From positions 2,744,412 to 2,776,411 of the forward strand of contig NZ_CP024768.1 in the NCBI RefSeq assembly GCF_011395035.1: a DNA stretch of 32,000 bases. Reading direction: 5' to 3'. This stretch comes from Pantoea cypripedii (GTDB lineage Bacteria > Pseudomonadota > Gammaproteobacteria > Enterobacterales > Enterobacteriaceae). A program made the translations under genes and the position numbers. The notes under the pieces were generated by a model that saw only the letters and a list, made by a program, of their open reading frames with translations, did no database searches and was not told the DNA's origin. Every line of letters starts with the position of its first letter. Positions within the stretch are counted from its first letter, which is position 1. Shown in pieces: positions 15,282 to 21,804 of the stretch.

Positions 15282-15503
15282 TTAGGCTGCGAAGATTTCA
15301 GGGTAGAGCTGTTCTTTGCTGAGTCCGGTAACTGCGATGTACTCACGCATCTTTGCTACCGGCAGGCTGCCGCCTCGTTTTTTAAGCATGTTGATGGCCT
15401 GAGGTGTTACGCCAACTTTCGCGGCTAGTTCCTTTTGGCTACCACCAACAGCTTCGACCGCTAGGTCAAGCGGAGTTACCGCTTTATTCACCTTGTTGAT
15501 CAT
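15282..15503 (-). CDS. cro: Cro-like repressor (HTH, YdaS/Cro family)
   Basis: Start at MINKVNKAV with a GGAG SD. HTH GSQKELAAKVGVTPQAINMLKKRG. Divergent from cI across the operator region. Confidence 0.75.
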   Translation of the reverse strand: MINKVNKAVTPLDLAVEAVGGSQKELAAKVGVTPQAINMLKKRGGSLPVAKMREYIAVTGLSKEQLYPEIFAA

Positions 15504-15523
15504 AGCTAACTCCAATTGCATTA

Positions 15524-15602
15524 AATCAACGTCATGTTAATTCATGGAGAGGATAAAATCAACATTATGATGATGGCTGCGGATAAACATGATGTTTATT
15601 AT
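15524..15602. promoter_or_regulatory. OR operators with PR (minus strand) and PRM (plus strand)
   Basis: Three 7+5+7 sites: AATCAAC-gtcat-GTTAATT (15524-42), AATCAAC-attat-GATGATG (15557-75) and GATAAAC-atgat-GTTTATT (15582-600). PR candidate is TTGATT / 17 nt / TAACAT on the minus strand. PRM -10 candidate is TATTAT (15597-602). Confidence 0.55.
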
Positions 15603-15623
15603 TCTGGTTCATCGGAGATATTT

Positions 15624-16331
15624 ATGACCAGCATCGCAGATCGCATTCAAAACATACTTAATCGAGAGGGGTTAAAGCAGAAGCAGCTTGCTGAAATGCT
15701 CAGCATTACGCCGCAGACGGTTAACAACTGGATTAAGAGAGATTCCATCAGCCGGGAGGCTGCCCAACAGATTTCTGAACGTTTTGGCTACTCCCTGGAT
15801 TGGCTGTTGACCGGCAAAGGAGATGCAAAGCCTGAGCACGATTCCAGCATTCCACCTGAGTCGGAATGGTTTGGTGTTGATCCGTGGGACGACAACACCC
15901 CGGTTGACGACGGCGAAGTTGCAGTGCGATTCTTAAAAGATATTGAATTTGCCTGCGGCGACGGCAGCGTTACCGATGAGGATTACAACGGATTTATGCT
16001 TCGGTTTTCTAAGGCCACCTTGCGCAGAGTTGGCGCGAGGACAGATGGCAGCGGCGTCCTATGTTTCCCGGCTCGCGGAGACAGCATGGAGCCGAACATT
16101 CCAAATGGCACCACTGTCGCAGTTAATACTGACGACAAGCGTATTATTGATGGGAAGATTTACGCCATCAACGAGAACGGCTGGAAGCGAATTAAGATGC
16201 TGTATCGCGTTGGCCCTGACATGCTCAGCATACGCAGCTACAACAAACAGGATCACCCGGATGAAGAGAAGTCAGCGCATGAAGTAGAAATTATTGGTCG
16301 CGTCTTCTGGTGGTCTGTTGTCGATTACTAA
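15624..16331 (+). CDS. cI: CI repressor (HTH + S24 LexA-like autopeptidase)
   Basis: Start at MTSIADRIQNIL with a GGAG SD. HTH QKQLAEMLSITPQTVNNWIKR. Catalytic GDSMEP and K in WKRIKML. Possible Cys-Gly cleavage site in EFACGDG. Confidence 0.9.
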   Translation: MTSIADRIQNILNREGLKQKQLAEMLSITPQTVNNWIKRDSISREAAQQISERFGYSLDWLLTGKGDAKPEHDSSIPPESEWFGVDPWDDNTPVDDGEVAVRFLKDIEFACGDGSVTDEDYNGFMLRFSKATLRRVGARTDGSGVLCFPARGDSMEPNIPNGTTVAVNTDDKRIIDGKIYAINENGWKRIKMLYRVGPDMLSIRSYNKQDHPDEEKSAHEVEIIGRVFWWSVVDY

Positions 16332-16346
16332 CATCTCCGCATCAAC

Positions 16347-16372
16347 ACAATCCCGCTATGGCGGGATTTTTT
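16347..16372 (+). terminator. Rho-independent terminator after cI
   Basis: AATCCCGC-tatg-GCGGGATT followed by a T run. Confidence 0.8.
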
Positions 16373-16390
16373 TTCGCCCAAATAAAATAA

Positions 16391-16499
16391 AATCCACACG
16401 AAATCAACCAAATGAATATCAATCAAGAAAATAAATCCACATACTGTTGACTATGAAATCCACATGTTGTTTAATCTATCCATCGACACGATGTTGATT
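16391..16499 (+). promoter_or_regulatory. OL operators and PL promoter
   Basis: PL is TTGACT (16447-52), 17 nt, then TTTAAT (16470-75). Operator-type sites are AATCCAC-atact-GTTGACT (16434-52), AATCCAC-atgtt-GTTTAAT (16457-75) and CATCGAC-acgat-GTTGATT (16481-99). Further AATC(A/C)AC half-sites lie at 16391, 16402 and 16421. Confidence 0.6.
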
Positions 16500-16525
16500 A
16501 ATCACCGGGACACGGAATTGAGTCT

Positions 16526-16556
16526 CAGCTCCTTAACAGATGGCGCTGAAAAAGCG
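16526..16556 (+). promoter_or_regulatory. nutL (boxA-like + boxB)
   Basis: AGCTCCTTAA (boxA-like) is followed by the GCGCT-GAAAA-AGCGC hairpin. It has the same GAAAA pentaloop as lambda boxB. Confidence 0.75.
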
Positions 16557-16584
16557 CAAACATTCAAAGCAGCAAGCTTTGTAG

Positions 16585-16654
16585 TGGGGTGTGGCTGGGC
16601 CTGCATGGACTGATCACCCATGAAAACCCTGGTTCGAATCCGGGGCACTCCACC
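16585..16654 (+). ncRNA. tRNA-like element (non-canonical, no D-arm) with alanine-type acceptor stem and encoded CCA
   Basis: Acceptor GGGGTGT/GCACTCC with G3:U70, A73 and CCA. T-arm CCTGG-TTCGAAT-CCGGG. Central hairpin CATGG-(9 nt)-CCATG. Only 11 nt lie where a D-arm should be. Total 70 nt including CCA. Confidence 0.45.
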
Positions 16655-16681
16655 ACAAAGCTAACTGACAGGAGAATGACC

Positions 16682-16852
16682 ATGAATACAAAACTGGTAA
16701 AAATCACAGTACGTGCATCAGGAAACTCTGTTTATATCGGTCGCACTTATGTTGGCCACACCAAAACCGAATTTTCATACAAAGGCCGCAAGGCTACCTG
16801 TGTTATCAACCCAAAACAGCGTTACATGAAGCTGGCTCCCCTTTCCCTGTAG
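16682..16852 (+). CDS. Small basic protein (56 aa) inserted between nutL and N
   Basis: MNTKLVKITVRASGNSVYIGRTYVGHTKTEFSYKGRKATCVINPKQRYMKLAPLSL. Its ACAGGAG SD lies in a 17-nt sequence that is repeated in front of N. Confidence 0.45.
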   Translation: MNTKLVKITVRASGNSVYIGRTYVGHTKTEFSYKGRKATCVINPKQRYMKLAPLSL

Positions 16853-16917
16853 TTATCTCACCATGCCGCCACAGAAACTTAGACGGCATTAATGAGCTAA
16901 CTAACAGGAGAACCAAC

Positions 16918-17229
16918 TTGAACGCACAAGAGCGTCGCCGTGCAGCCCGTGCTGAGAAGCAATCAGCATGGAAGCAAGCCAACCCCCTGTTGGTTGGTGT
17001 GAAAGCTAAACCTGATTGCCGCCCTATCCTCACGCTGAATCGCAAACCGACCGACCGTGTTGTGAAAGCAGTTGATACCGATACCGAGTATCACAAGCAG
17101 ATTCTTGCAGGTGCCGCGGCATACGTTGAATACCGCAGCAACCCTAAGCACCAGAAAGTAACCAACGAAGCTGGCCGTCAGATACATGCGGTGCAGAGGC
17201 AAAGAGGCAAGTCGATTCCTTTAGTTTGA
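16918..17229 (+). CDS. N: Antiterminator N (lambda N-like), TTG start
   Basis: MNAQERRRAARAEKQSAWKQANPLLVG...GKSIPLV aligns with lambda N (MDAQTRRRERRAEKQAQWKAANPLLVG...GKSIPLI). AGGAG SD 7 nt before the TTG. No in-frame ATG is available. Confidence 0.85.
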   Translation: MNAQERRRAARAEKQSAWKQANPLLVGVKAKPDCRPILTLNRKPTDRVVKAVDTDTEYHKQILAGAAAYVEYRSNPKHQKVTNEAGRQIHAVQRQRGKSIPLV

Positions 17230-17237
17230 GGTGAACC

Positions 17238-17549
17238 ATGGCACTCGACCACGGCATGTTAAATGTCCCGCTGGATAAGCGCGGCAATTTCCATAAGGAA
17301 CTGGATGACCATCTTGCAGCAGAAAAGCGCCGGAAAGAAGATGAGATGTTCGTTCGCAAAACAGCATTCAGCGATGACAAAGCGATAGCTAATGAGCTTT
17401 ACCTGAAGCTGGATAAAGACCTTGTTAAAGCTGAAGCAAAACGCCGTGGAATGAAGCTGAGTGAATTCCGCGAAGTGCTGAAAGATATTCGCGACTTCAG
17501 GCCGAAACGGGCACCAGTTGCATTTGCACCATTCATCAAGGCTGCTTAG
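17238..17549 (+). CDS. Hypothetical early-left protein (103 aa)
   Basis: GAGGTGA SD. Charged, helical-looking sequence. Followed by its own terminator. Confidence 0.6.
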   Translation: MALDHGMLNVPLDKRGNFHKELDDHLAAEKRRKEDEMFVRKTAFSDDKAIANELYLKLDKDLVKAEAKRRGMKLSEFREVLKDIRDFRPKRAPVAFAPFIKAA

Positions 17550-17562
17550 GCGGCCTTTTTTA
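17538..17562 (+). terminator. Rho-independent terminator
   Basis: AAGGCTGC-ttag-GCGGCCTT followed by TTTTTATT. Confidence 0.65.
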
Positions 17563-17602
17563 TTGGCATCGGAAATAAAGAATCAGTAACTGCGAGGTGA
17601 AT

Positions 17603-17779
17603 ATGCCTAACCTGAAAATTAATTATGCCGATGGAAAGTCAGAGGCAATCGAAAATGTTTACGAGGCTATTGACCACGGCGATGGAGAAATTAGTTTTTT
17701 CATTGGAAGTGGATTCACGAGATATCACGCTTTTGAGGTTGCTAATTTCGAAATTGTGAATAACGAGCAGGCCGAATAA
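17603..17779 (+). CDS. Hypothetical small acidic protein (58 aa)
   Basis: ATG 5 nt after the GAGGTGA SD. MPNLKINYADGKSEAIENVYEAIDHGDGEISFF... Confidence 0.5.
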   Translation: MPNLKINYADGKSEAIENVYEAIDHGDGEISFFIGSGFTRYHAFEVANFEIVNNEQAE

Positions 17780-17794
17780 CCGGCCTTTTTATTT
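17769..17794 (+). terminator. Rho-independent terminator
   Basis: AGGCCG-aataac-CGGCCT followed by TTTTTATTT. Confidence 0.65.
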
Positions 17795-17841
17795 CCCACT
17801 CCCCTTAACAGAGTGGGAGCAGATAATTGAGAGAGGTGAGT

Positions 17842-18180
17842 ATGGAAATCAAACTGCACATTATTACATTGGTTTGCATAAACGCAGGACTGTTCAGAAA
17901 GGTTGGAGATATGGAACATCAGGTTTATGAGATGAAAGGCAAAGGAAAGCCTGAATCTGCATGGACGCGAAAGAGAGATGAGCATTTCGGCCTCTGGCGT
18001 GAAGTGATGCGAACTGAAGTTATTATCGATGCCCCGCAACTGGATGGGAAAGAGCTGACCGAGCTGCAAATTCAATCTCTTATTGCTGAACGCAGTGACC
18101 TTGAAGCCAACTTCTATATTGCGAAAAAACGCATCAATGAGCGCATTGCGTCACTTCAGGCAATAGAGCATGCAGCATAG
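17842..18180 (+). CDS. Hypothetical protein (112 aa) with hydrophobic N-terminus
   Basis: GAGAGGTGAG SD. MEIKLHIITLVCINAGLF... followed by a charged coiled-coil-like C-terminus. Confidence 0.55.
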   Translation: MEIKLHIITLVCINAGLFRKVGDMEHQVYEMKGKGKPESAWTRKRDEHFGLWREVMRTEVIIDAPQLDGKELTELQIQSLIAERSDLEANFYIAKKRINERIASLQAIEHAA

Positions 18181-18205
18181 CCCGCCCCGAGCGGGTTTAT
18201 TTTTG
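18180..18205 (+). terminator. Rho-independent terminator
   Basis: CCCGC-cccga-GCGGG followed by TTTATTTTTG. Confidence 0.65.
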
Positions 18206-18226
18206 TGCGGTAAGTGGGAGGGGTGA

Positions 18227-18406
18227 ATGGAAGGTAATACAGAAAAAATCGTGGTGGATGTGTTCTTTCAGAATTACGGGCCGGGTGACGGAATACCTCC
18301 TCACTGGTGCTGCAAATTCATTCGTGATGGATGGGCAGATTACGAATATTTCGACACAGCTGAAGAGGCATATAACTTTGCCGCCCAGCATGGCTATACA
18401 GCTTAA
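18227..18406 (+). CDS. Hypothetical small protein (59 aa)
   Basis: Hand-translated as MEGNTEKIVVDVFFQNYGPGDGIPPHWCCKFIRDGWADYEYFDTAEEAYNFAAQHGYTA. GGGAGGGGTGA SD. Below the track cutoff. Confidence 0.5.
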   Translation: MEGNTEKIVVDVFFQNYGPGDGIPPHWCCKFIRDGWADYEYFDTAEEAYNFAAQHGYTA

Positions 18407-18450
18407 CCCGCCACCTTGCGGCTTTATAAGCATTACAGAAGGAGAGAGAA

Positions 18451-18684
18451 ATGAGCAAAGAAACAGGTGGACCAGCATTTCCAACAACCGACCCAAACTA
18501 TGACGAAAAGTGGTCTGGCTCTGGAATGGATTTAAGGGATTACTTCGCAGCTAAATTAATGCCAGCAATTATCGGTACGCTTAACGGGCCTGTAGTTTGT
18601 GAAGAAGCTAAAGGTGACTTCGATTATTACGCGACCACGGCTTACAAAATGGCGGATGCAATGTTGAATGCAAGGGGTAAATAA
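18451..18684 (+). CDS. Hypothetical phage protein (77 aa)
   Basis: GAAGGAGAGAGAA SD. MSKETGGPAFPTTDPNYDEKWSGSGMDLRDYFAAKLM... Confidence 0.6.
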   Translation: MSKETGGPAFPTTDPNYDEKWSGSGMDLRDYFAAKLMPAIIGTLNGPVVCEEAKGDFDYYATTAYKMADAMLNARGK

Positions 18685-19134
18685 ATGGCAGGAAATAACG
18701 TTAGGAGGAACTTCATTGGAGATGATAGGGCCTGCTCGCGATGCAAAGTGAGCATCATCGTAACAGAGGTTATGGTTCGCAGGAGTTCTTATGTCTGCAA
18801 CCGCTGCGAGGTAGAAAGGGCTACTGATTGGGCCAGAAAAAATAGAGAAAAGAAACGCGCATCGAATAATAGATATCAAGCAAAGAACTCAGCTAATCGA
18901 TCAGAAACAACGGCCAAGTGGAGGGCAAATCACCCTCAAAAGAAAGCAGCTCACCAAGCCGTTCAGACCGCTGTGCGAAACGGTAAGCTTACTAAAAAGC
19001 CGTGCCAGGAGTGTGGAAGCACTCACAGAATCCACGCTCATCATGACGATTACTCTCAACCATTAGATGTTATATGGCTATGTCACCAACATCACATGGC
19101 TCGCCACGCAATGCTTCGGGTGCGGGGCCAGTAA
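18685..19134 (+). CDS. HNH-like zinc-finger protein
   Basis: C-terminal CQECGSTHRIHAHHDDYSQPLDVIWLCHQHHMARH is a His-Me finger type motif. N-terminal CSRC...CNRC. Basic repeat-rich middle. Confidence 0.55.
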   Translation: MAGNNVRRNFIGDDRACSRCKVSIIVTEVMVRRSSYVCNRCEVERATDWARKNREKKRASNNRYQAKNSANRSETTAKWRANHPQKKAAHQAVQTAVRNGKLTKKPCQECGSTHRIHAHHDDYSQPLDVIWLCHQHHMARHAMLRVRGQ

Positions 19135-19152
19135 CAGCTGACAGGAGTGGGT

Positions 19153-19308
19153 ATGCAGCAACCGATAGAAGGGGAGCTGAGATTTAAGGATTTATCTGGC
19201 AAATATCATCATGCCAAACCAGGCAGTAAGGAATGGCATTGGGTGGCAGGGCAGATAAACGTCGAAATTTATGAAAAAGGGAAATGGCATCCAGGATGGA
19301 ATGAATAG
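19153..19308 (+). CDS. Hypothetical small protein (51 aa)
   Basis: Hand-translated as MQQPIEGELRFKDLSGKYHHAKPGSKEWHWVAGQINVEIYEKGKWHPGWNE. ACAGGAG SD. Confidence 0.45.
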   Translation: MQQPIEGELRFKDLSGKYHHAKPGSKEWHWVAGQINVEIYEKGKWHPGWNE

Positions 19309-19410
19309 CAGCGCAATGCCTGGCTCATGCTTGGCATTTCGGTGCTAGTCACCACACCAGAGGTTTACGCCTCGACCATTGAGACAGAACCAGAACGAAT
19401 CATCCTTTAT

Positions 19411-19438
19411 GCCCGGCGCAATGCTGGGCTTCTTTTTT
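19411..19438 (+). terminator. Rho-independent terminator with no obvious upstream gene
   Basis: GCCCGG-cgcaatg-CTGGGC followed by TTCTTTTTT. Confidence 0.6.
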
Positions 19439-19472
19439 CTGAAACCAACCAAAAAATTTATGAGGTATCCCC

Positions 19473-19646
19473 ATGCGGCTTTCTTTCGCAGGGGCAGCAT
19501 CGGGCTGCCCTGATTTTGACGCAATCAAATCTATTGAGTTTCACCCGAGCAACATTCTTACTGGCGCTGACTTTGCACAGCCGCCACATAAAAGCCTGCT
19601 TCAGAAGCTGGTCGATTTCCTACGCAGCAAAGGCCATCCGTTATGA
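19473..19646 (+). CDS. CIII-like candidate (57 aa)
   Basis: MRLSFAGAASGCP... and ...KSLLQKLVDFLRSKG loosely parallel lambda CIII (AIAGWPVAGCP, ESLLERITRKLRDGW). GAGG SD. Lies in the cIII position of the PL operon. Confidence 0.4.
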   Translation: MRLSFAGAASGCPDFDAIKSIEFHPSNILTGADFAQPPHKSLLQKLVDFLRSKGHPL

Positions 19647-19780
19647 GCCAGCAACAGGCGGAAAAGTACCGCAAGCAACAGGAAGAAGCAGAGCGCCAGC
19701 GAGAGATGCTGGAGAAGTCGAAGGACTTTGATTTTATCAATCTGATGCTGAGAAGCCTCGGCATGGGAGAGCGGAAATGA
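19643..19780 (+). CDS. Small charged protein (45 aa) in the kil position
   Basis: ATGA coupled on both sides. MSQQQAEKYRKQQEEAERQREMLEKSKDFDFINLMLRSLGMGERK. Confidence 0.4.
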   Translation: MSQQQAEKYRKQQEEAERQREMLEKSKDFDFINLMLRSLGMGERK

Positions 19781-20088
19781 AACTCACCTGGAACGACAAG
19801 CAGGAAATTCAGCAAATCATCGCCGGGTTTACTGAGCAGGATAACGAGAGCATTTACACGGAAGTGGAAAGCATCGTTGAAGGCAGCAAATCAAACCCGG
19901 CAGAAAACGCGATGACCGTGTTCCTGACGCCTCTGTTTGACTTCACCCTGGTGAGTGCCGCTCAGGATGACGTAACGGCTCAGGACATGGCTCAGGCATT
20001 CGTATGGGATTACGTCACTAAAGTGGTCCAGTGGAATCACGCGCTGGAGACATTCAAGGCGAGGCATTCGACGAGGGAGGCAGCCTGA
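19777..20088 (+). CDS. Acidic protein (103 aa) immediately upstream of the recombination genes
   Basis: Coupled to the exonuclease gene (TGATG). It occupies the gam/abc position. No recognisable motif. Confidence 0.55.
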   Translation: MKLTWNDKQEIQQIIAGFTEQDNESIYTEVESIVEGSKSNPAENAMTVFLTPLFDFTLVSAAQDDVTAQDMAQAFVWDYVTKVVQWNHALETFKARHSTREAA

Positions 20089-20906
20089 TGGAACCCGGCA
20101 TCTATTACGACATCAGCAACGAGGATTACCACTCAGGGCCGGGAATCAGTAAATCGCAGTTGGATGATATTGCGATCAACCCGGCCATCTTTCAGTGGCG
20201 CAAGGATGCCCCGGAGGATGAAGAGAAAAAGGATGCTCTTAACATGGGAACGGCGTTGCATTGCCTACTCCTTGAGCCTGACGAATTCGATAAGCGATTC
20301 ATCGTCGCTCCTGAATTTAATCGGCGCACCAACGAAGGGAAGGCAAGCGAGAAAACCTTTTTTGAAGACTGCTCAGGCATGGGTATGACGGTAATGGATG
20401 CCGAGCAGGGGAGAAAACTGAAGCTGATGAGAGCCAGCGCCCTCGCCCACCCCGCCGCCCGCTGGCTGCTGGAAGCTGAAGGTCATTGCGAAGCATCAAT
20501 CTTCTGGAATGACGTGGATACCGGGGAGCTTTGCCGCATTCGCCCTGACAAGTTTCTGTCAGGCCAGCCTGTCGTGGTTGACGTGAAAAAGGTTGCTGAC
20601 ATGAGCCGCTTTGCCCGTCACGTCGAAGAGTTTCGCTACCACGTCCAGGACGCCTACTACCGTGAGGGATTCAGCCACCAGTTTGGCGAGTATCCCCTTT
20701 TCGTTTTCATTGCCGTCAGTGAATCCATCGACTGCGGCCGGTATCCGGTGCGCACGTTCCAGCTCACCGAGGAAGACGTTTCCGTTGGTGATGCCTTGTT
20801 TCGCCGTGACCTCGCCGTCTATCACGAATGCAGGCAGTCAGGTAACTGGGGCGGCATCGAAGAATTAACACGCCCGGACTGGGCGAAGAGAAAGGATAAC
20901 GTATGA
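20088..20906 (+). CDS. PD-(D/E)XK exonuclease (RecE C-terminal / DUF3799-like)
   Basis: Start at MEPGIYYDISNEDYHSGPGISKSQL with a GGGAGG SD. This N-terminal signature is typical of the exonuclease VIII-like family. Coupled to recT. Confidence 0.75.
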   Translation: MEPGIYYDISNEDYHSGPGISKSQLDDIAINPAIFQWRKDAPEDEEKKDALNMGTALHCLLLEPDEFDKRFIVAPEFNRRTNEGKASEKTFFEDCSGMGMTVMDAEQGRKLKLMRASALAHPAARWLLEAEGHCEASIFWNDVDTGELCRIRPDKFLSGQPVVVDVKKVADMSRFARHVEEFRYHVQDAYYREGFSHQFGEYPLFVFIAVSESIDCGRYPVRTFQLTEEDVSVGDALFRRDLAVYHECRQSGNWGGIEELTRPDWAKRKDNV

Positions 20907-21802
20907 GCAACGAAGTTATGCAGTCGCCGGTAAACGAGGCCGACACCAAGGCGGCAATCTTCAGCCCGACCGGTTTGCAGAAATTACAGGCATTCGCTGA
21001 AGTCATGGCGCTGGGTAAAGCAACCGTTCCGGCTCACCTGGCGAATAAGCCGGCCGATTGTCTGGCTATCGCATTGCAGGCGGCGCAGTGGGGAATGAAC
21101 CCCTATGCGGTGGCGCAAAAAACGCATCTGGTTAACGGCACGCTGGGCTATGAGGCGCAACTGGTTAATGCAGTGATTACCAGCTCAACGGCTGTTCAGG
21201 GACGATTTAAGTATGAATACGGCGGCAACTGGGATGCATTCCGTCCGGGAGACAAGAACCCGAACACTGAAAAAGGTTTATGCGTTCGCGTTGGCGCGGT
21301 TCTTCGTGGAGAGACAGAAATCACATGGGGCGAGCCGCTTTACATGGAGTTTGTCACCACGCGCAATTCGCCGCTATGGAAGACGGCACCGAAACAGCAG
21401 CTGGCATATCTGGCCGTCAAATACTGGGCGCGACTCTACTGCCCTGATGTGATTCTGGGCGTCTATACCCATGACGAGTTCGATCAGGTACAGCGCTCAG
21501 AGCGAGATGTTACTCCAGCGCGTAGCCGGAATGACCTCAACAACCTGATTAACAGCAGGCCAGAAACACAACAACCCGAGCGCGAAATTAACCCGGCGAA
21601 TAACACCAGTGCACATCCGCGCACGCCGGACGAGTTGCTGTCTGATTTCACTGCTGCGGCTGCCGGTTCGGAGTCGGTCGCCGGTCTGGATAAGTGCTAC
21701 AAGTACGCAGCAAAAATGCTGGTAAGTGAGGCGGAAGTGCTGGAGAAAGCCACGGAGGTTTATCTGTTCCGCAAGGCTGAACTCGAAGAAGAGGCGGCCT
21801 GA
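20903..21802 (+). CDS. recT: RecT-family single-strand annealing protein
   Basis: 299 aa, ATGA coupled to the exonuclease gene. The conserved-looking core GYEAQLVNAVI...FKYEYGG is consistent with RecT. Confidence 0.75.
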   Translation: MSNEVMQSPVNEADTKAAIFSPTGLQKLQAFAEVMALGKATVPAHLANKPADCLAIALQAAQWGMNPYAVAQKTHLVNGTLGYEAQLVNAVITSSTAVQGRFKYEYGGNWDAFRPGDKNPNTEKGLCVRVGAVLRGETEITWGEPLYMEFVTTRNSPLWKTAPKQQLAYLAVKYWARLYCPDVILGVYTHDEFDQVQRSERDVTPARSRNDLNNLINSRPETQQPEREINPANNTSAHPRTPDELLSDFTAAAAGSESVAGLDKCYKYAAKMLVSEAEVLEKATEVYLFRKAELEEEAA

Positions 21803-21804
21803 CC

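Noticed and set aside
19327-19731. 134-aa plus-strand ORF
   Set aside because: It reads through a strong intrinsic terminator. It also overlaps two coupled, SD-preceded small genes in other frames.
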